DNA of 64,000 nt from Octopus vulgaris (taxonomy: Eukaryota). The notes below the pieces were generated by a model. The model ran no database searches. It was given only the letters and a program-made list of their open reading frames with translations, and was not told the DNA's origin. Positions within the stretch are counted from its first letter, which is position 1, and every line of letters starts with the position of its first letter. The translations under genes and the position numbers were made by a program. Shown here piece by piece: positions 24,251 to 37,551 of this stretch. The stretch covers positions 40,796,001 to 40,860,000 of the forward strand of contig OX597824.1 in the NCBI GenBank assembly GCA_951406725.2, given 5' to 3'.

Positions 24251-24299
24251 CCTTGAAGAAGCTTTCAGTACACAGTTGAAACAAATTCACATTACTGTT

Positions 24300-24860
24300 T
24301 CATGTAAAGAATTACATGGTTGCCAAACCATTAGTTTTGACTTTCTAGTTCATCATTCAGGGGTTACAAAATAAAGTACTTGTGAAGCATTTGTCAGTAA
24401 GATCCATCCTCAAAATACATAATAACTTGCTCCTGTATTGGAAATGATTTGCAGAAACATTAAGTTGCCTGAACTATTTAGCTAAGTAGTTTAAAATCTG
24501 AGTTCAAATCCTACTGGGGTTGAGTTGGTATTTCGTCCTTCAAGGGTTGATAAAATTAATATTGGAACCATTAGAGCATTGGAAAAAAATGCTAATATAT
24601 ATCAAACATTTCTTCTGAATTGAAATTTCATGGAAGCCAACTTTTCTTTTCATTCTTTCGGGCTTGATAAAGTAAGTACCAGTTGATCACTAGGATCATT
24701 GTGATCGACTTCTCTCTCCCCTCAAAATTGTTAGCCATGTGCCAAAAATTAGACTTACTAAATACTATTCATTGAGTTCAAATTATTAAGATGTTAAGCT
24801 GGCAGAATTATTAGGATTTCAGGCTAAATGCATAGCAGTATTTTTCCAACCCTCTACTCT
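24300..24860 (+). repeat. Cluster of decayed family B SINEs
   Basis: Repeated TTTCATTCTTTCGGG...TAAGTACCAG-like cores. Confidence 0.6.
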
Positions 24861-26649
24861 GTATGGCACTAAGAGGTAACTGATTTAGTTGTTCACTTGA
24901 CAAAATGCATTACCGTCATTAGTTTAAATCTCTTCACAACTAACTTAGATTTTATTCTTGTAGAATTAATAAGTAACTGTACAATACTAGGGTTAATCCA
25001 ATTAGCTCTCCCCTCTTGTCCTCTTTATTAAAATAAAATAACAATGTTGTTAGTATGTAGAAATGAAGTTTGGTGAAACAGGTAGAACAAGATTAGATAA
25101 CTAGATACATGTGCTATTGGTATTTGATATTAGCATGTCATTGCTCTATGCAAATCACACTATGGTTGGATAGGATTAGTACAAATAAGCAGCAGACACT
25201 AGGGTAGTGTGGAAAGTGGCCCTCAATTCATGGTTTATAAGTTCAGAATTCTTGTAGGAATTTTGATTTGTCTCAAGAGCATCACTTCACTTTGCCACCA
25301 GGAATAGCTGTCAGATCTCATCAGGTGTTATCATGAACTGTTATCCTATCCTGTGAAGAAATTTGTGTTTAAATCCAGATAAGTAGATCAACTTGTCTCC
25401 TGCAGACAGGTTGACTGGGGTTTGGTTTCAAACTCAGTATTTGCTTCTCTTTTAAAAAAAAAAGGGTGGGAGAGGAACTTATATCTAGTTAAATGTTTCT
25501 TGTGATATTGAAGTTCAAAATTGAAATTATCATTCCTGTATCATTAGGTTATACATAAAGGCAAGTAGAGTGGCAGAAAGGATACAGTATTAACTTTTCT
25601 CTGTATTCTTAGAGCCAATGCTACTGAGTTGATTTGATTATGTAAGTACCAGCAATGTACTGAGGGGTCAGCTGGATTACCTATGATTCTCCTCTATAAG
25701 TTTGTGTCTTCTCAATGTAAGAAATTATATATGTGAGATAATTGCACAAAATTGTTTATGCCATGGGGTTTGGTACCTCACTGTTCTTCATTTAAATCCT
25801 TCCCTCTAGGATTCATTAAGTAAATGCTAATAAGATATTAAGAACCATTTTCCATTGAGTTCAACTACTGCAACAAAATATATTTTGCTTTCTAATCCAA
25901 AGAATTGTTTAATATCATAGTTGTGATGCAAGCCGTAAGTTCAGTGTGAACCAACATTAACACCCACTGCATTTCGTAATGTGGAGCCCTTCTGTTTGGG
26001 AAAGGAACAGGCAACACATTCTATTCTAACTTCTAGCTTTATATGAGTTAGGCATTTGAGAACAGTGTGAATGTTACAGCATCCTTTGTATTTTTAAAAT
26101 TCTCGTTTTGTGCTTATATAAGCAAATGACATTGAATGGTTGTTGCCCAGATGCAGTCCAACACAACCATTGAACATTCCCACCTTGTTAAGGGCATATA
26201 GAACTATATGTCTGATGTGTTTTCTCCTTATTTAAGATGGTAGGATGTGATTTGAAGCAGATTTGGCTACTGAGTTATTATGTAGTAGCTTCTTCATTAG
26301 TTCTAACAATATTATGTAATGGTAGAAACCAACAGGTTCAGTGCTAAGTTCAAATTTTACTTATGTTCTGAAATTTGGCGTTTGACTCCAGTACAAATAC
26401 TTTTAAATTCTTTTCTGAAGTGTGGTTATATTCGGGCTTGTTTCAGGTGCTAGAACTGTGGTTGAATGATATTCATGTTAGGACCACTTTTGAAGTATAC
26501 AACTTAACTGCTCAACTGCTGTGCCAGAATGTAGCGTTAACTTTGAAAAGAGGTTTAGTTTTATAAAAAATTTTTGTTTTACTATGTTATAGTATATGTT
26601 CATTACAAAAAAAGAAAATCTGTATTTATTGTGTTGTCAGATAATCTTT

Positions 26650-27740
26650 TTTTTTCCATAAATTTTAATCAATTTTAAATCAGTCAATATTATATTCTCT
26701 TTCATTGTTCACATTTTGCCAATGTTCCACTATTTTGTCAATGTCTTGATGGTAGAAATCACCAGGTCTTGACCCAGTTCATTGAGCCACATTTTTCAGC
26801 TCCATGTTGTTGCTGAATGAAGCACCACATAGACTATTGGAGTGTGACCAAAAATAATTTGACAATCTGAAGGAGCTGTATCAGGAGTATATGGTGGAGA
26901 TGGTAGAACTTCCCAGGAGGGCTCTTGAATTGCAGTTTTGGTTGAATATGAAGGCAAGCATTTCATGTTGAAGAAGCATTCTTGTCAAGTCAATTTATCT
27001 GGATTACCTTGTTGAGCTGGTGCATTTGCTGAATATATGGCGGGGATGGTAGAACTTCCCAGGAGGGCTCTTGAATTGCAGTTTTGGTTGAATATGAAGG
27101 CAAGCATTTCATGTTGAAGAAGCATTCTTGTCAAGTCAATTTATCTGGATTACCTTGTTGAGCTGGTGCATTTGTTGAATGTAAAGTTTTACATTGATCA
27201 TTTTGTTGTTTCAAGCATTTCATGGTGAATTAGCCCTTCCCAGTCCCACCAAATGTAGATCAGTGTCTTGTGTGGATGCAGCTCTGGCTTGGCTTAAGAT
27301 GTTGCTTGTTTGTTGAAACTCAGCCATTTTTCTCTGCTTCATACTGGTGTTAAGACATCATTTTTCATCACTGGTGACAATGCAGCAAAGTCTATAAGTA
27401 ACCTGGTTGCGGGACCTTACCTACTGAGTGAAGATGATAGGTGACAGTATCATAAAAGCACCCTATCTGTTGGGTCAATTTTTTCTTGGATTGGCAGGGA
27501 TCCTTGTGGATGGGCTTGTTCAATTGATCCTCATTGAGCTGGGGAAAGTTAGCTGGAATGTGGAGAGTCTGTAAGGTTGAATTTCCACTCCTTGAAGTAT
27601 AAAAACCATGTCTGTGCAGTTCTTTCAGTAATAGCACCTTCATACAGAGTACAAATATGTGACTTTGGAAACTTTTGGACCTTGATTGAAAGCAAAAAGA
27701 AGCAGGTGTCTAAAATGCTCATTTTTTTTGTTTTCTACTT
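26650..27740 (-). mobile_element. Decayed mariner transposon with an internal 146-bp tandem duplication
   Basis: Minus-strand remnants IVTSDEK*, IWWDWEGLIH and WEVLPSPPYTPDTAPSD. Tandem copies at 26888-27033 and 27034-27179. Confidence 0.85.
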
Positions 27741-28454
27741 GGTACACCATTGTCATGTATCTCAAAAGGGGTAAAATTTATTCAAATTTCAAAAATGATA
27801 AACAAAAGATGTGTGGTAAAAACAGAGCTACAAAAAAAAACCTATGAATACTACTATAAAAATATTTTCCAGGTTAATTCAAATAATTTTGGAAAGAAAG
27901 AAATTTATCTGACAACCCAGTATTTTATTATTGGCTGAGTGCTGTGTCCTCTACTTAACTCTACTTGTCAATGGATCAGTTAACCTTGTTAATAGGATCA
28001 TGATGCTGTGTAGTTCATATTTTTCCCTAACAACAAGGGCTACTGTTTCATGTCATGAAAGTAGATAGCTAACAAGTAGTTGCAATTTACAGATGAATAT
28101 CATACCCTCTTGACTGAAAAATGGTGATTCTGTTACATGTTATTAATAAAATGCTATTGTCCATTTTACTTACATACTAACAATTAAAGGGTTGATAGAT
28201 GAAGTGCTATACTATTAAGTTGTTTGCTTTTGTGATCTATAATCACTTCCTGTGGTGTTCGTTCAATTATAATTATTTTGTTGTGATTCTAGACTGAACC
28301 ATTTAACTCTGATTCAGTTTACTTAGCTATTGAGAATATGTATCAAATTAAAAACAATTATTTTTAGGGAAACTATAGGCTTTTTACTTTATATTGAGGA
28401 TTCTGATCTAATCTATTTTGTTATCTCCCCCACTTTCCCTCTCGTGTGTAACCC

Positions 28455-28655
28455 TTCTGTCCGAGTCAGTCGCCATGATAGATCGTTAGCCACTACACAC
28501 ATTTTTTTCTCTCCTTGTTTTTTCTGGGGCCCTTTCTGTAGAAGAGCGTAGTCTCGAAACGTAAAAGACTTTTCCTATTCCTGAGCGTTACACTAATACA
28601 ACTGTTTGTTTTGTACACCACCTGTCTTTTGTTTTTTTCGTAAACTCACCCTATG
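28455..28655 (+). mobile_element. Penelope/retrozyme-like short element with a hammerhead-like motif (28532-28567)
   Basis: CTTT-CTGTAGA-A-GAG cgtagt CTC-GAAA-CG-TA-AAAG. Shares downstream TTCCTGAGCGT with the 9270 element. Confidence 0.6.
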
Positions 28656-28868
28656 TGTATATTAACATATTTTTAAAAAATGGTACTTTAAATATATAAG
28701 ATAGCTTATCTCTGGTTTGTTATTAGATAAATATTTGTGCCCTGCCTAAACTGTTAAAATCAATTGTTTACTCTTGCATGGAAAAGTTTAATACTTCAAA
28801 GCCATGGTAGAAAGTAAACAAATTTATTGATTTCCATAAATAACCTGGTGGGTTCTTATCCACTTATT

Positions 28869-29420
28869 AAGGCAGTGAGCTGACTCTTTATATTTTGGAC
28901 TCAAATTCTGCCAAGGTTATTTTTGGCCTTTCATCAAATGGGAATCAATTACTGAGGGTAATGTAATCAACTACTCCCCCTCCCTTCCCTAAAATTTCAA
29001 GTCTTGTGCCTATGTTAGAAACATTATTATTTTTGAAGTGGAAAACTAGCACAATCATCACTGTCAGAAAAAATGCCTTGTATTTAGTTGTGCTATTCAA
29101 TTTTCTGGGTTGAACTTAGCCTTTCAACCTTCCAGGGTTGATAAAGTACTAGGCAAGTATTGGGATTGATTTAATCATCTAGCCTTCCCACTCAAATTTG
29201 TGGCTTAGTGTCTATGTTAGAAGCAATTAAAAACAGTTGGTTTGCAGAATTATGAACTGTTTGTTCCAGCTCTTTACATTCTGAATCCAAATCTCACAGA
29301 TGTTGGTTTTGCCTTTCCCTCCTCAGTGGGGATGGGGTAGTCAATAAAATAAAGTACTGGTCAAATAGTTTTATTTACTAACTCCCCTTCCTTTAAATTT
29401 GTACTCATGTTAGAAACAAT
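28869..29420 (+). repeat. Three decayed tandem family B SINEs
   Basis: GGCAGTGAGCTG head and repeated GCCTTTC...AAAGTACT cores. Confidence 0.6.
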
Positions 29421-29891
29421 TATGATTTTTGTATTAGATCCCTACTTATCACTCTGATTTCACATTTTCTTACTCCTTAAATATGAAAGCCATAAAAAAT
29501 ATAAAGTTGGTTTGATTGTTTTATATCCTGCCACAGATAATATATCATGTTTTGCAGCCAGCATCATATAGTAAGAAATCTTAAACTGGTCATTTAAATC
29601 CATGATATATTTTTGATTCTTGTTCAAAGTTATTTTATTTCACTTTTGCCTCTGGAAAAGGGATAAGCAAACTCAACAGTTTTGTCTCCCTGTTATCTAT
29701 CTGAAGTCAGCTCCAATCCGTATGACAAATATCTCAAACATCTGCCAATAGCTGACATGGATCAGACTTCAGCTTAGATATGCCAACATGTAAATCAGTT
29801 CAGGACCCTGCTAAACATTTTACCACACAAAGTTTAGATGTATGTGTGTGGTGGTAGTGTGTTCTCTATCTTGGTTTTAGCTTTCTCTTGA

Positions 29892-32569
29892 AAGATAGCT
29901 TTTGCGGACAACTGTCACGGAAATAAGCCATGTGCATTCCTTTAATGAACAAGAACTTCACATTATTGGGATTTACAATTATGTGTTTATTTGGATAGGT
30001 AGATGGGTCAGTGAATCTGTGTCGTATTCTAGATGTTAAACCATGAAACATTATTATTTGCATTGATGAAGAATGGCTCTTTAGGTTTATTTCTGTATGT
30101 TCCTATCACTAACAAATTCATTTTCTTCAATTTGGTTTTTAGTTTATAGGTTTGTTTTTCATTTTGATATTTTTTATTAATTAGAATACAGGAGCATTGT
30201 GTGCCATTTCAACCAATCAGCTTGAAATGATAACACTGGAAAAATGCGAACATATTGCTAATTACTTGTCAATTGTTTGTTACATTCTACTTCCAAATAT
30301 CTTATAAGGCTAAGTAGTTGGAATAATTGTTGTGATTATTTCTGAAGAAAGTGACCAACAAGGTAAGAGGCAAGCTAATTGCTTTACATCACATGTTCAG
30401 ATGTCATAAATTGTGTACCTGGAAATACAAGGTTATTAAATCTACTTTGCTAAGGCTTTGTACCTGAATTCAGAAGTCAAATATTTTAATTTATACACAA
30501 TTTTTCAATGATTATAAATTGGACTTATAAGATGAATTAAAAATTTCATAGGCAGCTTAGCTAAATAACATTTAAAATTTTCTTGTTGAACTAAAATCTA
30601 GAGTAGCTAATTCAAATGTATTTCTAATTAGATTCAAATTTTTTACTTAACATCATCAAATTTAAGTCAAGATTTATAAGTGACAGACCGTAGTAGTCAA
30701 GGAGTGGGTGGGATTAGGCAGAAATTGTGACAGATAAAATGCTTTTAAATATTTCTAAACTATCTGTTCTAGGGTAATGTTTTGCTTTGTCCCTTTTCAG
30801 ATTCTAGTGCTATACTGTGTATTCGTGGGTAACAGATTCTTTGATTAAATTAACTTAACTCTTTCACAAATTTATGATGTACCTTGTCCAGAGAAATCAA
30901 TATGAAGGTAACAGCTGACAAATATATTATAAAGATGAGTTCTTGATGGGTTGACATAATGACCTAGTTTGATAGCCATTTCTCTCTGCTTATGATCTTG
31001 GAGAAAATGCATGAGTAATTCACATTTACATATATTTTCTCAGTTAATCTTCGGCTTCATGCCTCTATAAGGAACACTTTGGGGAAGCAGCTGTCATATA
31101 TGTTGCAGGTAAGCTGGATTTAGGAAACAATGGCTAATATATTTACTTGGAAGAGATTACTTTGAAAACAACATCACTAAATAGAAAGAAAGTATCATTT
31201 CAACTAAAGATGGATGTTCATTATATACATATAGTTTGGAATATCAAATTTATTTTTGTTGTTCATTGTCCTCACTTCAACTACTGCTGAATATATATAT
31301 GTGTATATTGAATCTCTCTCTCTCTATATATATACACATTTATAAAATTGATTATTTGTGTGTGTATGTGTAGCAGGAAACTTTACAAGGTCTATTAAAA
31401 AAAATAACTGAAATTATTGTGTAGATAAAAAAAAAATGTGTTTGCTGTTGTGTGAACAATTTTTATTTTTTTCCTTTCTGAAGACGCTAGTAATAATGAT
31501 GAAGAATATGTATATTATTACAATGAACACCAAAAAAAAAAATCCACTTCCCACCAACCATACACACACATATATGACCAAAACAACCAAAGAAAAAAGT
31601 CCTCATTTGTTTTTTGTTGTATGTTTGAAATCAGATAAAATTTTTAAAATGTCATAAGGCAAACTTTGCAGATCTTAGCAAAAATAAAGAGAAAGAACAT
31701 TTATATATATATTAAAAAAGCAAAAACTTGACACCATTGGTTTTTTTTTTCTCTGTCCTTTTTAATTTTGTTTAGAGATGTTTATGACCAGTTCCTCTCG
31801 AAGGAAAAAGAAAATGCATTTTTATCTGTTTCTTATACAAAATATTCATTATTTTAATTGGGCAGTGAGCTGACATAATCATTACAGCATCAAACAAAAA
31901 TGCCTTGCAATATTTGGTTTTTAGTTAGGACACCTAGAAGATTGTCTTGCATTCCTGTCATCAAATTCCTTTAGCATCATGACTGTTTCCAGCTTTGTAT
32001 ATCTCAACAATTGATGTTATAGGTGGTTGAAGATAGCTTTTGTTGACAACTGTCACAGAAATAAGCCATTTTAATGAACAAGAACTTCACATTATTGGGA
32101 TTTACAATTATGTGTTTATTTGGATAGGTAGATGGGTCAGTGAATCTGTGTCGTATTCTAGATGTTAAACCATAAAACATTATTATTTGCATTGCTGAAG
32201 AATGGCACTTTAGGTTTATTTCTGTTTGTTCCTATCACTAACAAATTCATTTTCTTCAATTTGGTTTTTAGTTTATAGGTTTTTTTTTTTTTTCATTTTG
32301 ATATTTTTTTATTAATTAGAATACAGGAGCATTGTGTGCCATTCCAACCAATCAGCTTGAAACGATAACACTGGAAAAATGTGAACATATTGCTAATTAC
32401 TTGTCAATTGTTTGTTACATTCTACTTCCAAGTATTTTATAAGGCTAAGTAGTTGGAATAATTGTTGTGGTTATTTCTGAAGAAAGTGACCAACAAGGTA
32501 AGAGGCAAGCTAATTGCTTTACATCACACGTTCAGATGTCATAAATTGTGTACCTGGAAATACAAGGTT
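29892..32569 (+). repeat. About 540-bp direct duplication (29892-30434 vs 32030-32569)
   Basis: Near-identical sequence from AAGATAGCTTTTG to GGAAATACAAGGTT, offset about 2135 bp. It explains the twin ORFs at 29866 and 32004. Confidence 0.95.
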
Positions 32570-33350
32570 CCTAAATCTTGCTAGATTGTTTTGAATTGCT
32601 ATGTCATCAAACTCCCTTAGCCTCATGACTTTCTAGCTTTGATGTTACAGGTAGTTGAGGAGATCTTTTCAGTACTGAACTGTTTATTGTTTGAGGTAGA
32701 CCAAGCCATTTCTAGGTGTAAATACTGTCTTTTTATTCCATGATCACTACTCTTGACAGTGCTATTTTGTATAAGAGCAGAGCCAAGCAAGATGCTGGTG
32801 GGTATAGAGCAAACTGTGGGCACCTGAGCTTATATTATTATGACTTATCACTTTTAATCCATCCTCACATTGTGCCATGATCTCAGCACTTACCATCATC
32901 ATCGTTTAACGTCCGTTTTCCATGCTAACATGGGTTGGACGGTTTGACCAGGGTCTGGGAAGCCAGGAGGCTGCACCAGGCACCAGTCTGATCTAGCAGT
33001 GCTTCTACAGCTGGATGCCCTTCCTAATGCCAACCACTCCATGAGTGTAGTGGGTGCTTTTTACATGCCACCAGCACAGGTGCCAGGCGAGGCTCGCAAA
33101 GGCCATGATCGGTTAGTGCTTTTTATGTGCCACCTGCACAGAGGCCAGTCGAGGCGGCGCTGACAACGGCCACATTTGGATGGATCTGTTTACGTGCCAC
33201 TGGCACTGGTATCACAACTACAATTTCCATTGATTTTTGATCGATTTCGATTCTACTTTTATCAAACAATAAGTCAGCATACCGTTGTCCTAAACTTTTG
33301 ACAGGTTTCTCATTAATTATTGGCATGGTTTCTTGCACAATTAACAACAT
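31930..33350 (-). mobile_element. Fragments of a Hero/NeSL-like (RLE-clade) non-LTR retrotransposon
   Basis: Minus-strand remnants MPIINEKPVKSLGQRY (cf. IPTVxEKPVKSLGRWY), KWLGLPQTINSSVL and LQPPITSIVEIYKAG (cf. LQLPxSSLVEEFK). Confidence 0.6.
32895..33250 (-). mobile_element. SINE family C, well-preserved copy nested in the Hero-like remnant
   Basis: CATCATCATCGTTTAACGTCCGTTTTCCATGCTAACATGGGTTGGACGG..., with CpGs retained. Confidence 0.8.
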
Positions 33351-33697
33351 TTGTTCATTCCTAAAAAACCTTTCTTTATTTTTCCGAGTGCATCTAAGTT
33401 GCAGCTAGACTTTCATAAGTTGACAAAGTACTGGTGATTGTGTGGTTATGAAATCCATTTCTCAACCACTTGGTTTCAGGTTCTGTTAAAATGCATTGCA
33501 CCTGAGGTAACTGTCTTTCAGAATTTCAAGCTGACTGATATTTTGTGAATGAAATTTAGTATTTGGAAACTGTCCAGAAGCCTATTATATATCTATATAT
33601 ATATATATATGCACACACATACATATAAAAAGGGCATAGGGTAAATAATAATAATAATAATGAAATTATTGTATACACTGCTCAGGTGCACCACAAC

Positions 33698-34062
33698 TTA
33701 AAGACCCCCTTTGGTCAAAAAAAAGGGAAAAAATTTTAAAAAATAAATGACCGTGGGAGTGCACCTAGAAAGTTCCCCTCCAAGCTACAAGTCCAGGCAA
33801 GGTTGTTTTATGGAAGACCAGCACTCACCCATATATACCACTCTCCCTTCTCCATGCCATTAATGTTGGCCAAAGGAAAGGCAAAGACTAATACAGCTTG
33901 GCATCAGTGATGTCATAACTCATTTCTACAACTGAGTGAACTGGAACAAGGTGAAATAAAGTGTCTTGCTCAAGAACACAACACACAGCCTGGTCCGGGT
34001 ATTGAACTCACTACCTCATAGTTGTAAGTCCGACACTAACAATTGAGCCATGTGCCTTCACT
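33698..34062 (-). mobile_element. tRNA-derived SINE (family F)
   Basis: Minus-strand head GAAGGCACATGGCTCAATTGTTAG...GAGTTCAATACC. Core TTGAGCAAGACACTTTATTTCAC is shared with 46885-47197. Confidence 0.75.
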
Positions 34063-34644
34063 ACATATATATATAGATGCACAAAAAGAAATGTATTTTC
34101 TGCATGTCTTCACACTGACACTCTTTGAGCTACAGTACAATTGTTTATGTCTGTCATAAATAATATGTCTCATAGCTTGTTGAAAAACAAGGGTTGGGAA
34201 CAGGAAAGGCATCCAGTTGTAGATTATTACCTCAACAAGTCTCATCCAATCCATGCCAACATGAAAAGAATAGATTTAAAAACCCTGAAACCAATTAGAG
34301 GATATGAAGAAGTAGAAAGTGTAAATGAAACCTGTTGACTATTTTAGTAAACTGATAGGAAAATTTGAAGATTTAAATTAAAGTACCAGCTCAGATGTCT
34401 TGCTTATATGCAAACAGATACCTTGGTACTTCTCCATATCACTTACACTCATAAGTAGACATTCTTCCAGTCAAAATATGTGTTAATTGTTGAAATCACA
34501 ACTGCTAACTCCCAAACCCTAGCATAAACAGTTCCAACATATAAATTTTGTGTCAAAAATTGAAGGAAACGTGGATGTCTTAGGGACCACATAAGTTCAC
34601 AACTATTTATATTATAATAACCTGTGTGTGAGATAGGAGAGACT

Positions 34645-35040
34645 ACTCTTATACTCTTTTACTTGTTTCAGTCATGTGACTATGGCTATGCAGGAGCACC
34701 GCCTTTTTTAAGTTGAGCAAATCGATCACAGGATTTATTCTTTGTAAGCTTAGTACTTATTCTATCGGTCTCTTTTGCCGAACCGCTAAGTTATGGGGAC
34801 GTAAACACACCAACATCGGTTGTGAAGCGATGTTGGGTGGGGGGGACAAACACAAACACACACACACATATATCTACAACGGCCTTCTTTCAGTTTCTGT
34901 CTACCGAATCCACTCACAAGGCTTTGGTCGGCCCGAGGCTATAGTAGAAGACACTTGCCCAAAGTGCCACGCAGTGGGACTGAACCCGGAACCATGTGGT
35001 TGGTAAGCAAGCTGCTTACCACACAGCCACTCCTACACCT
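34645..35040 (-). mobile_element. SINE family A, well-preserved full-length copy
   Basis: Closely matches 25-410, with CpGs retained. Confidence 0.88.
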
Positions 35041-35149
35041 ATAATGTGGAGAAGCAAACTAAATGTTCTACATGCTATTGTCAATTCAATTCATACTGAT
35101 GAGTCATCATTACTTTTTAATTTTTCTGAGGTGGAGATCAATAAACTTA

Positions 35150-35345
35150 CGAGGAGATGCTGAAAAGTTTCTGACTTTGGGCAAAAGAAAATACAGGAGG
35201 ATCAGTTAATTATGATTTTATTCCACATATTCCTCTCTCAGATTCACACACTTATTGTAGCAGTCCTTCAGTTTTTCTAAGCCCTGTAAAAAAACTCAGA
35301 GGTGTGGGCCTCCAACCAGGACTTTCACAATATCCTAAAAGCCAG
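35150..35345 (-). mobile_element. Mariner terminal fragment
   Basis: TA-CGAGGAGATGCTGAAAAGTT resembles the TIR at 62561. Confidence 0.6.
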
Positions 35346-35489
35346 TAATATACCAAGATTCTATCAACTGGTACATAACCTTGTAGTTTGTTGCTGAAGC
35401 TCCAGCAAACACAGGATTTCAATAGATTTGGCCATGGACACTGACGTATCCAGCTGGTCCCTTATAGGGATCACAGTATCGATTAACAA

Positions 35490-36935
35490 CAACACCTGAG
35501 ACATGGTCTCCAACATCAAGGAAATTAAGTCAAATATCAGTAATGCTCAGTCTACTGGTTGACTCTTTTCTCTAAATAAACATCCATCGACTTTGGTCCA
35601 ACTTGAATGCTGCCGATCACCTTATCTAGAATGTAAGTCATGCATCCTGTCCCTCACTGATACAAATTTCTCACCTGTCTTGACTGTCCAGGATACATTA
35701 TTTTCCTATTTTGCTCGAAAATATGGTACCTACATGCATGTTAAATTAACTTTCACTTGGATCATTAAACCAACTCTCAGTCTGAATATGTTTGTTCCTT
35801 CTTGAGTCACGCTTGGCTCATAGGGCCGGTTTCCCAGTTTCCTTGGCATATAGGTTCCCCACCTGGATGGGACGCCGGTCCGTTGCAGGTGAGCTGCAAG
35901 ATGCAGGAGGAAAGAGTGGGAGAAAGTTGTGGTGAAAGATTCAGCAGAAGTTTGCCATTACCTTCTGCCGGAGCTGTGTTGAGCTTAGGTGTTTCGCTCA
36001 TAAACACCCACATCACCCAGTCTGAAATTCGAACCCGCAATCCCTCGACCGTGAGTCCGCTGCTCTAACCACTAGGCCATGTGTCTCCACACCAGTCTGA
36101 ATATAGGACATCTATATCACTTCACCTCTCTCTCTTAAATTGTCTTTGGTGACTTCACTTGCTACACTTGATGTAGCTATTACGCTAATTTTGTGGAATA
36201 CTCTCACTGAAAAAGATTTCACATTTGTTGTCTGCATTGCTTTCAACCCTACATTGCTTACATTCAATAAGACTTCCTGCTCCATTCTACCCTGTACTCA
36301 TACATGTCAAGTGATAAAACACTTTTGGCCATTCAAGCCATCAAGGTTACTGATCTTATAAATGTCCCTTCCATTGCAGAACATCTCAGAAAAAGCTCCT
36401 GTTGTCCTTACCAAACTGTTTAATATTTCTCTCTCTCTCTCTCTCTCTACAAGGATCTATTTCGATCTCTGTAAATAGACTACAGCATGTCCTATTTCAA
36501 AGAAAAACCTTTATAACATTGCTAATGATATAAACTGTCTATTATTATCAACCATCTCCATCATTGCAGAACCAGATTTATTCGGTACCAGGCCTCCCAT
36601 ATCACTCAAGATGTTTAACAAATGTAATATTGACAGTCTTGCAAGAAAACCTTGTGGTTAAGTTACCTGTAAATGAGACTTATCTTCCTTTAATCTCTCA
36701 GGTTGGAATCTTCTTGCCTGATTGCACTGTGTATTGACAGTGTATTCTCAGATCCAAAATATCAACTCTGGGGTATTGCAAGGTTCAGTTACTCATATAA
36801 CTCCCATGCTCATGACCACACAGTCAATAACACTCATCACTCCTCCCTACCTTTTACACACATCATGTACAGGCAACCTAGATATCATATATCAAGACTG
36901 TACTACTTCCTTGAACAGAGGTCTTATAAAAATCA
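35490..36935 (+). mobile_element. Decayed CR1/L2/Jockey-group LINE (RT region)
   Basis: Remnants INSGVLQGSV (GVPQGSVL motif) and ACPISKK...LLSTIS (cf. VxPIxKK...PISLLSxxSK). Confidence 0.55.
35790..36092 (-). mobile_element. Young tRNA-derived SINE with a 12-bp target-site duplication
   Basis: TSD CAGTCTGAATAT at 35778-35789 and 36093-36104. Minus-strand A box TGGCCTAGTGG and B box GGTTCGAATTT. Confidence 0.9.
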
Positions 36936-37551
36936 TTCAGGTGAGAGGCAAGGAGACATAGGAGGGAGAGGAAGAGAGAGAGAGAGAAAGAAAGAGGGGG
37001 AGACAGAAAGTTAGAGCGATAGATTGAGTGAAGGAAGGGAATGGATAGAGAATAATAATGAAAGAGAATGGAACTGTTCTCATATCGTCATAGACAAAAT
37101 GCTGCAAAAATATGGAAATTGCAAAAAGAAATGTTGCCTATCTATCTATCTGACACTTATTCTGTCTGTCTGCATCTCTCTCTCACACTCTCTCAGCAAA
37201 TACTTGTTGATGTCACTTATTTTTCTACAGTTGAAGGGAGAAGTACAAAGGAAAAGAGAAATAAAATAAGCAGAGGAGGTATAGTTGAAGTGAGCAACAA
37301 AGTGAGAAAGCGGAGGGACAGAAAGGGAGTGAGAGAGAAAAGGGACAGAGAGAGAGTGAGAGACAGAGTGAGTGGTGACTGAAAGGAAGGTGGCATAGTC
37401 ACTATCTAAAGATGCTTACATTTTTTGTATTTTGTACAATTTGCCAGGGTCCTGCTTGTATATAATAATTTAATAGTTATTAAATGAAGTCACTATTTAC
37501 AGATGCTTACTTTTTTTATGTTTTCCGTGAAGTTTTCACGGGTCCAGCTTG

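Noticed and set aside
29866-32192. Twin ORFs MQIIMF..RHRFTDPSTYPNK as a duplicated small gene
   Set aside because: Explained by the 540-bp duplication of decayed sequence; no splice or promoter evidence.
36955-37400. Arg/Glu-rich ORFs
   Set aside because: Translation of (GA)n-rich simple sequence.
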